Shown here: in pieces, positions 57,559-64,000 of the stretch | Layout of the letters: each line of letters begins with the position of its first letter | How positions within the stretch are numbered: position 1 is the first letter of the stretch | NCBI GenBank assembly: GCA_003246895.1 | Contig: QKCL01000015.1 | Span: 20,795 to 84,794 of the forward strand | DNA from: Spirochaetota bacterium | GTDB lineage: Bacteria > Spirochaetota > UBA4802 > UBA5550 | Length of the DNA stretch: 64,000 nt | Reading direction: 5' to 3' | Made by a program: the position numbers and the translations under genes | Notes under the pieces: generated by a model | The model's input: the letters and a program-made list of their open reading frames with translations, nothing else | Told to the model about the DNA's origin: nothing | Databases searched by the model: none

Positions 57559-58587
57559 ATGGCAATAACATACAAGGATTCCGGAGTAGACGTTGAAGGT
57601 GGAAACAGATTCGTAAAGAGAATAGCACCCTTTGTGAAAGATACATTTTCAAAGAATGTAATCACTGAAATCGGAGGTTTCGGCGCTCTTTTTTCCGCTG
57701 ATTTTAAAGAGATGGAGGAGCCTGTACTGGTGTCCGGAACCGACGGAGTCGGGACAAAACTTAAAATCGCCCAGAAAATGGACAAACACGATACCATCGG
57801 AATTGATGCAGTTGCCATGTGCGTAAACGATATTATTACAAGCGGAGCAATGCCCCTCTTCTTCCTTGATTACATTTCATGCGGTAAACTGAAAGAGGAT
57901 GTACTTGTAGACGTTGTAAAGGGAATAGCAGCAGGGTGCAAACAGGGTGAATGCAGCCTCGTCGGCGGAGAAACTGCCGAGCATCCAGGCGTCATGCCAG
58001 ATGACGACTATGACATCGCAGGTTTCTCTGTGGGCGTTGTAGACAAGAAGAACATCATAAACGGTGCAGGAATAACTGCCGGAGATAAAATTATTGCACT
58101 CCCCTCAAGCGGAATACATTCAAACGGCTACTCTCTTGTTCGAAAACTTTTCTTTGAAATAAAAAAATATGACCTGAGCCATAAATTTGATGACCTTGAC
58201 ATGACCCTTGGTGAAACACTGCTCACCCCGACACAGATATATGTAAAGGCCCTGAAACCTGTACTCGGTTACGGGCTGAAAGGTCTCGTGCACATTACCG
58301 GCGGCGGTTTCTACGAAAACATACCGAGAATTCTTCCTGAAAAAGCAGCAGTAAAAATAGAAAAGGCTGCTCTGCCTGTGCACCCGATATTTCGGATTAT
58401 TGAAAGAGAAGGCGGCATTGAGGAGAGGGAGATGTTCACCACTTTCAACATGGGTACAGGCATGATGATATTCACATCTCCTGAGAACTGTGACAATGTA
58501 CTTTCCGAACTGAAAAAAGGGGGCCACAACCCTTCACTCATTGGTGAAGTAACAGAGTTCACGGACCAGAAGGTAACTTTACTTTAA
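57559..58587 (+). CDS. purM: Phosphoribosylformylglycinamidine cyclo-ligase
   Basis: AIR-synthase N- and C-terminal domains, with a YKDSGVDVEGG motif. Confidence 0.9.
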   Translation: MAITYKDSGVDVEGGNRFVKRIAPFVKDTFSKNVITEIGGFGALFSADFKEMEEPVLVSGTDGVGTKLKIAQKMDKHDTIGIDAVAMCVNDIITSGAMPLFFLDYISCGKLKEDVLVDVVKGIAAGCKQGECSLVGGETAEHPGVMPDDDYDIAGFSVGVVDKKNIINGAGITAGDKIIALPSSGIHSNGYSLVRKLFFEIKKYDLSHKFDDLDMTLGETLLTPTQIYVKALKPVLGYGLKGLVHITGGGFYENIPRILPEKAAVKIEKAALPVHPIFRIIEREGGIEEREMFTTFNMGTGMMIFTSPENCDNVLSELKKGGHNPSLIGEVTEFTDQKVTLL

Positions 58588-58656
58588 AAAACTGTTTTTT
58601 CCCCGTAAAATTGCCGATAAAAAACATACCTGATACTTTATAACAGAGGAAATATT

Positions 58657-59397
58657 ATGCACAGGTTTGCGGCAATTTTACTGATACTTTCCCTCTGCTC
58701 TGTACTCTTTGCACAGCAGCAGCCGGGAAACAAAAACAGCAATAATACAACAAATACCACCGGCAACAACACTGCCGGTGATAAAAAGACCCAGGATGAA
58801 AAAACCGCCTCCAAGATTCCTGAAGGGTACGGAGACATCACCTGGGGGACATACCTGTCCGATGCAAAAAGCAAGATAAAGGGCAAACTCACCTACACTG
58901 ACGAAAAGAAGATAATAATTTCAAATGACGGAGAGCTCCAGTACTACTACGGATTCTTCTACGCCGACCCTGCAATGACAACTGAGGAGAAAATTCTCGG
59001 TGAAGAGAAAAAACCAGATAATACAGGAACAGGTTCCGGCACCGGAACAAACACGAATAATATTGCAGGAAACAAGACAGAGCCTGAAAAAAAAGACGAG
59101 GGAAAACTGTTCTATGTATCCCTGAAGTTTCCCTACCTTGCAAAGGATGCTGTTTATGAAAAGATAAAGGCAAAATACGGCGAGCATACAAAGGAAAACC
59201 TCAAGAACAATCAGGGCGCATATATCTGGGATTCCGAAAAGACACTTCTTCTAATGTGGGTGGACAACTATGAAAAAAAACCATTCTCCAGAAGAATAAT
59301 ATTCATGAGCAAGGATGTTGCAAAGGACCTGAACAAATATACAAACGACATGTTCTTCAAGAAAGAACTTGAGCTTATAAAGAAGGTTAATCCCTGA
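58657..59397 (+). CDS. Hypothetical secreted protein with Asn/Thr/Gly-rich low-complexity segments
   Basis: A signal peptide and NTTNTTGNNT / TGTGSGTGTNTNN tracts. Confidence 0.35.
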   Translation: MHRFAAILLILSLCSVLFAQQQPGNKNSNNTTNTTGNNTAGDKKTQDEKTASKIPEGYGDITWGTYLSDAKSKIKGKLTYTDEKKIIISNDGELQYYYGFFYADPAMTTEEKILGEEKKPDNTGTGSGTGTNTNNIAGNKTEPEKKDEGKLFYVSLKFPYLAKDAVYEKIKAKYGEHTKENLKNNQGAYIWDSEKTLLLMWVDNYEKKPFSRRIIFMSKDVAKDLNKYTNDMFFKKELELIKKVNP

Positions 59398-59446
59398 CAG
59401 AAAATATTGAATTTTATTTAGTGATCCAGCTTTTTTTCAGTATAGA

Positions 59447-59473
59447 AACCCCGGCTTTGCCGGGGTTTTTTTA
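59447..59473. terminator. Bidirectional terminator between two convergent genes
   Basis: The sequence is AAACCCCGGC-tttg-CCGGGGTTTTTTT. Confidence 0.7.
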
Positions 59474-59498
59474 TAATTTTCAGGGTACTGTTAATTCT

Positions 59499-60131
59499 TT
59501 AGCTCCATTTTATAAGCAGGAAACTGTTTTTTGTCCTCTTTTTATAAACCTCGAATTTGGTAATACAGCCTTGTCTAATATCAAAAATACATTTAATAAA
59601 GGTATCTTTGTTTTCCCCTTCTATGAGCGCCTCATAATCGGAGGAAATTTCTTTTAAGGAATATTCAATCTTAACCGGATCTGCTTCATTCTTAGAATTA
59701 AAAATATTAATCCATTTTGTACCGGTCTCAGCTTTTTCCTTACTGAAATACAATGGGAAAAAACTCATATTACCATCAAAGGGCTTACCTGTTACTTTGA
59801 TTTTTTGTTCATAAACTATTCGCGGTGGGAAGAAATAGAGAATGAAATTGAAAGGGGTCAGACAGGAGCCCCTATCTTTTGTAATTATGAATTCTGACTT
59901 AAGAGAACTATCATTAATAGATTTATAATTTACAGTTATTATACTTGTATCATTATAAAATTTTTCCAACTGCGATATTATAATGCCAGAATCATTTTCG
60001 GTTAATTGATGAGATATTATACTATACTTTAAGTTCCGATTCTCCTTAAAAGCTAAACTGTATTTTTCATTTGAGAAAACTGTTGTTGAATAAATAAAAT
60101 GAAGCAATAATACCACGAATAAATTCTTCAT
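59499..60131 (-). CDS. Hypothetical secreted protein, in an AT-rich segment
   Basis: A signal peptide; no recognisable domain; locally lower GC. Confidence 0.3.
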   Translation of the reverse strand: MKNLFVVLLLHFIYSTTVFSNEKYSLAFKENRNLKYSIISHQLTENDSGIIISQLEKFYNDTSIITVNYKSINDSSLKSEFIITKDRGSCLTPFNFILYFFPPRIVYEQKIKVTGKPFDGNMSFFPLYFSKEKAETGTKWINIFNSKNEADPVKIEYSLKEISSDYEALIEGENKDTFIKCIFDIRQGCITKFEVYKKRTKNSFLLIKWS

Positions 60132-60291
60132 ATCTACTTTAACCTTTAAGATGATTCTCTGTGAATTAAAACTAATAATAGATTACACAGTTATTACAGT
60201 CACCGCAACAATAATTACCCAAATCCCTTGACACAAATAAATTGTTTGATAAAACAAACTTGTATAATTTATACACGTCTCCGGAGGAATC

Positions 60292-60957
60292 ATGGAACAC
60301 ATAAAATTTGCAGCCATTCAGCACGGCAATATTGATATTTCCAGCGACAAGGGCGTTCAGGACTCAAGGCCCTCCTGTTCACTTCTTCAGCTCGGTTCAA
60401 TGAACATTCTCATTGACCTTGGCCACCCCCAGGAAGATCCTGCTGGAATTATAGAGGAATTAAAATCTGTCGGTCTCACTCCGGCTGACATACAGTATAT
60501 TTTCTTCACCCATCTCCACCCTGACCACATTGGACATAAAAATCTTTTTTCACAGAGCACCTTTGTTTTTCACAAAGACGAGAAGATGGCCTTCGTTTTT
60601 AAAAATGATAAAAAAATTGAACTGTCGGAATCATCAATATTCGGCCTCACAGGAAACTCCCTTGCAGGGCCCATGAAGGCCAGAACAGTACCGGACCTTA
60701 AAAAGCTGGGCAACAGCATTTACTTTCATCACTGTCCGGGGCATACACCTGGATCCATGACAATTTTTATAAATATTGAAAACAAAATACACGCATTTGT
60801 TGGAGACATTTTTCTCAGCGAGGAGTATTTTAAAGAAATGAAACTCCCCGGCTCAACATGGGACGAAGCTCCCATACCGGCACAGATGGAGTTTATCAAG
60901 GCAAACGCAGACATAATTATACCAGGGCACGGCAGGCCCTTTAATGTAAAGAGGTAA
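60292..60957 (+). CDS. MBL-fold metallo-hydrolase
   Basis: An HLHPDH metal-binding motif. Confidence 0.6.
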   Translation: MEHIKFAAIQHGNIDISSDKGVQDSRPSCSLLQLGSMNILIDLGHPQEDPAGIIEELKSVGLTPADIQYIFFTHLHPDHIGHKNLFSQSTFVFHKDEKMAFVFKNDKKIELSESSIFGLTGNSLAGPMKARTVPDLKKLGNSIYFHHCPGHTPGSMTIFINIENKIHAFVGDIFLSEEYFKEMKLPGSTWDEAPIPAQMEFIKANADIIIPGHGRPFNVKR

Positions 60958-60959
60958 TA

Positions 60960-62936
60960 ATGGGTATCGCATCTGACATAATCATCATAGTAATAGCAGC
61001 TCTCCTTGGAGGCCTTGCGGCAAGGCTTCTGAAACAACCACTCATTCTCGGATACATCATGGCCGGACTCCTTGTGGGCCCATTCAATCCGGTTGTAAAA
61101 CTTCACAATGTACATGAAATTGAAATGCTCGCTGAAATAGGTGTTGCCCTGCTTCTCTTTGCCCTGGGCCTTGAATTTTCACTTAAAGAACTCATGCCAG
61201 TAAAAAAAATAGCTCTAATCGGTACGCCAATACAGATTATACTCACCATGGCATTCGGATTCGGACTTGGTATTCTTCTTGGCTGGGACTACAACAAATC
61301 CATCTGGCTGGGAGGGCTTATTTCAGTCTCAAGTACAATGGTTATTCTGAAAACCCTTTCCAATCAGGGACTCATGGGAACCCTCTCAAGCAGGGTAATG
61401 ATCGGCATGCTCATTGTACAGGATCTGGCTGTTGTACCTCTCATGATTATACTTCCCGAAATGAATGACATAGAGAAGGGCCTTCCTGTTCTGGGACTTG
61501 CTGCCCTGAAGGCTGCAGGTTTTCTTGCAGCCATGATAATTCTAGGCACAAGGCTCATTCCCCTGATTCTGAAATATGTGGTGAGCCTTCAATCCAGAGA
61601 ATTCTTTCTTCTTACAATTACAGCCATTGGCCTTGGAATAGGTTTCGGCACATACCAGTTCGGGCTGTCATTCGCATTCGGGGCATTTATCGCAGGCATG
61701 GTCATGAGTGAATCCGATTACGGATACCAGGCCCTGAATGATATTATACCTCTCAGGGACATATTCGGAGTTCTCTTTTTCACATCAGTCGGCATGCTCC
61801 TTGATCCGATATTTCTCATGAAAAACATAAAGCTCATACTTCTCCTTGTTCTGGCTGTTACTCTTGGCAAAGGGATAATCATGGGAACCCTGAGCCGTAT
61901 TTTCGGATACGGAAATGTGATTCCCCTTGCCCTGGCTTTTACCATGTTTCAGATAGGAGAATTTTCCTTTGTAATTGCAAGACTCGGATTAAATACAGGG
62001 TCAATAGACAGGGACCTCTATTCACTTACCCTGTCCACTGCAATCTCCACCATGCTCATTACGCCTGTGCTGTCGGGACTCACAACTCCGGCATACTCCT
62101 TCATGAAAAAACGCTTTAAAAAGGAAGTACTTCAGAGCGTGAACATTCCCGAAACGGGTCTCCTTGAACATGTTGTCATTGCCGGAGGGGGACAGATGTC
62201 CAGACACATTGCCTCCATTCTGGAAAAACTGAAAATCTCCTTCATTATAATAGAAGACAACTACAGGTCATTTGAAAAGGCCAAGAAGGCCGGCTACCCT
62301 GTAATTTTCGGAGACGCATCACAGGAGATTGTGCTCGAAGCCGCCGAAGTTGCCAACGCAAAACTTCTGGTAAATACCATATCTTCAATGCTCCTTTCAA
62401 CGGAAATTGTTAAAAATGTGAAGGAGATTAATCCGGACCTGCACATTGTTTCGCAGGCACTTAACAGGGAGCACATGGATGAACTCTACGCTCAGGGCGT
62501 GTACGAAGTTGTTCAGCCTGAACTTGAAGCGGGCCTTGAACTGACGCGCCAGGCCCTGCTCCACCTTGAACTCCCTGTAATAATGATTCATGAACTCACA
62601 GATACACTCCGTAAAGAACACTATGCCCAGGACGGAGAAAAGGATGAGGCCTACAGGGCTCTGGCTCAGCTCAACCAGACCTCACAGTGTGTTGCCGTAA
62701 CATGGCTTCCCATTGAAGACGAAAGCCGGGCCATTGGAAAATCGCTTGATGCACTGCAGATAAGACAGAAAACCGGCCTCTCTGTAATTGCTGTTCTCCG
62801 GGGGGCTGAACTTACAACAAACCCTGACCCTGAATTTATTTTTCAGGCCCATGACCTCATTGCTGTAATTCCGGGCTTTAATGATTTAATTGAAATGAGG
62901 AGCATTATATCCAAAAAAATTCAAAATCAGGCTTAG
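60960..62936 (+). CDS. CPA2-family cation:proton antiporter with C-terminal TrkA-N and TrkA-C domains
   Basis: A 13-TM KefB-like N-terminus, then a Rossmann TrkA-N region ([11 protein letters not shown]) and a TrkA-C region. Confidence 0.75.
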   Translation: MGIASDIIIIVIAALLGGLAARLLKQPLILGYIMAGLLVGPFNPVVKLHNVHEIEMLAEIGVALLLFALGLEFSLKELMPVKKIALIGTPIQIILTMAFGFGLGILLGWDYNKSIWLGGLISVSSTMVILKTLSNQGLMGTLSSRVMIGMLIVQDLAVVPLMIILPEMNDIEKGLPVLGLAALKAAGFLAAMIILGTRLIPLILKYVVSLQSREFFLLTITAIGLGIGFGTYQFGLSFAFGAFIAGMVMSESDYGYQALNDIIPLRDIFGVLFFTSVGMLLDPIFLMKNIKLILLLVLAVTLGKGIIMGTLSRIFGYGNVIPLALAFTMFQIGEFSFVIARLGLNTGSIDRDLYSLTLSTAISTMLITPVLSGLTTPAYSFMKKRFKKEVLQSVNIPETGLLEHVVIAGGGQMSRHIASILEKLKISFIIIEDNYRSFEKAKKAGYPVIFGDASQEIVLEAAEVANAKLLVNTISSMLLSTEIVKNVKEINPDLHIVSQALNREHMDELYAQGVYEVVQPELEAGLELTRQALLHLELPVIMIHELTDTLRKEHYAQDGEKDEAYRALAQLNQTSQCVAVTWLPIEDESRAIGKSLDALQIRQKTGLSVIAVLRGAELTTNPDPEFIFQAHDLIAVIPGFNDLIEMRSIISKKIQNQA

Positions 62937-64000
62937 ACATCAAGACAGATTATACAGATGTCATCATCAAATTTATCACTGCCGTTGCAGTCTATGAGTT
63001 TCTCATAAAGGTTATCTATATACCTTTTTGATGAAAGGTATGATGTTGAAATCAGATAGCTTCTGAAATTTTTATCTTCCATTTCTCTTGTAATCTTGCA
63101 TGACCCCATATTCTCAACGAGCCCGTCTGTAAAGAGAAGAAATTTGGATCCCTCTTCAAAGCTGATCTCATCATTCACATATTCCTTGTTGTATTTTGAA
63201 AGTTCCTCGTTGCTGAATATGGCAAGTGGTACACTTTTCCCTCCGGAGAGTACTTCCACATCATAATCGTTTATTATAAAAGGATGGTCGTGGCCTGCAT
63301 TGGAATATACCATACTTCTGGACTGAGAGTTATAGATACAGTAAAATGCTGTAATGAAATTTCCTCCGGTATTGTTAAAGAGGATGCCGTTAAGATGCTT
63401 CATGAGCATGGCAGGGTTCTTTCTGAATGATCCGGATTCCAGTATGAGGCTTTTTATCATTGATGTTACAAAAGCCGCTGCAATTCCATGCCCAGATACA
63501 TCACTGATAAAAATGCCTATTTCATTTGAATCCCTGAAGTTTATAAAGTCATAGAAATCTCCCCCCACCAGATCCATGGGTTTGTAGAGCGCATTAAGGT
63601 TCACAGAGGGACTGTCATGAGGGATGAGCTGTCTCTGTATTTTCCTGGCCATTACTAGTTCATTTTCAATTGATTCTGTCCTTTCCCTGAGCTGAAAGAT
63701 ATGATCCAGATTGCTGTTAAGTTTTTCAGTGAGTTTTTTTACGGACTTGTGGGACTCAAGGTTTCGCAGAGACATCAAAACTGACTGCAGAAAAATAAAA
63801 ATCAGCAATCCCACGGGCAGAATATATGTGGAATCCACAAGAAGCCAGTATGTGAGCATATCATTTACTGAAGCGATAATTACTACAATAAATGCACTTA
63901 CCATTATTACTGAACCCCTTGAATCATTTTTCAGGGCTGAAAAAATAATTTTAAAAATATAGAGTGCTATTAATAGAATTGATGCATGATATATCTTATG
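62933..64000 (-). CDS. PP2C/SpoIIE-family serine/threonine phosphatase with a membrane-spanning N-terminus; partial, the N-terminus runs off the window
   Basis: GGDFYDF and DVSGHG motifs. The ORF stays open upstream of the first Met, to position 64000. Confidence 0.7.
   Translation of the reverse strand, partial: HKIYHASILLIALYIFKIIFSALKNDSRGSVIMVSAFIVVIIASVNDMLTYWLLVDSTYILPVGLLIFIFLQSVLMSLRNLESHKSVKKLTEKLNSNLDHIFQLRERTESIENELVMARKIQRQLIPHDSPSVNLNALYKPMDLVGGDFYDFINFRDSNEIGIFISDVSGHGIAAAFVTSMIKSLILESGSFRKNPAMLMKHLNGILFNNTGGNFITAFYCIYNSQSRSMVYSNAGHDHPFIINDYDVEVLSGGKSVPLAIFSNEELSKYNKEYVNDEISFEEGSKFLLFTDGLVENMGSCKITREMEDKNFRSYLISTSYLSSKRYIDNLYEKLIDCNGSDKFDDDICIICLDV

Noticed and set aside
59499-60290. 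The AT-rich segment as a horizontally acquired island
   Set aside because: It holds a single hypothetical gene with no flanking repeats or mobility genes. The composition shift alone is weak evidence.
1-64000. CRISPR arrays, rRNA genes, integrons
   Set aside because: I found no regularly spaced direct repeats of 24-40 bp with unique spacers. The repeated sequences present are either irregularly spaced (CTCTGGCACC) or occur only as single pairs. I saw no rRNA-like conserved stretches.

Overview
This 64-kb window comes from a low-GC (roughly 40%) bacterium, probably an anaerobe, read with the standard genetic code; I cannot assign a lineage from sequence alone. Most of it is dense core genome. 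Recognisable core genes include a clipped Mrp/Mbh-type antiporter module in the order E-F-G-B'-B-C-D, and metXW behind a SAM-I riboswitch. Others are guaB, ruvA, purD, purM, ung, mgsA and a DinG-like helicase. There are also a divergent aldehyde:ferredoxin oxidoreductase, a flotillin/NfeD pair, tandem AEC transporters, a CPA2 antiporter, GGDEF and HD-GYP signalling proteins, a rhomboid protease, and very large TolB/TPR and AsmA-like envelope proteins. Two short accessory patches stand out. The first (about 13.3-14.1 kb) holds an IS200-like REP-associated tyrosine transposase (RAYT). It sits inside a local, strand-biased over-representation of the 10-mer CTCTGGCACC, which occurs both between genes and in several reading frames inside one gene. 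The second (about 42.6-47.2 kb) is centred on a tRNA-Leu(CAG). It holds a GIY-YIG nuclease gene broken by one in-frame TGA and bracketed by 48-bp direct repeats that carry hairpins. It also holds decayed paralogue fragments, shared hairpins, a structured inverted-repeat element, a DUF433/DUF5615 toxin-antitoxin pair and uncharacterised membrane/zinc-ribbon proteins. I saw no CRISPR array, no rRNA and no obvious intact defence operon. Every family assignment rests on reading motifs in the translated ORFs, not on database searches.
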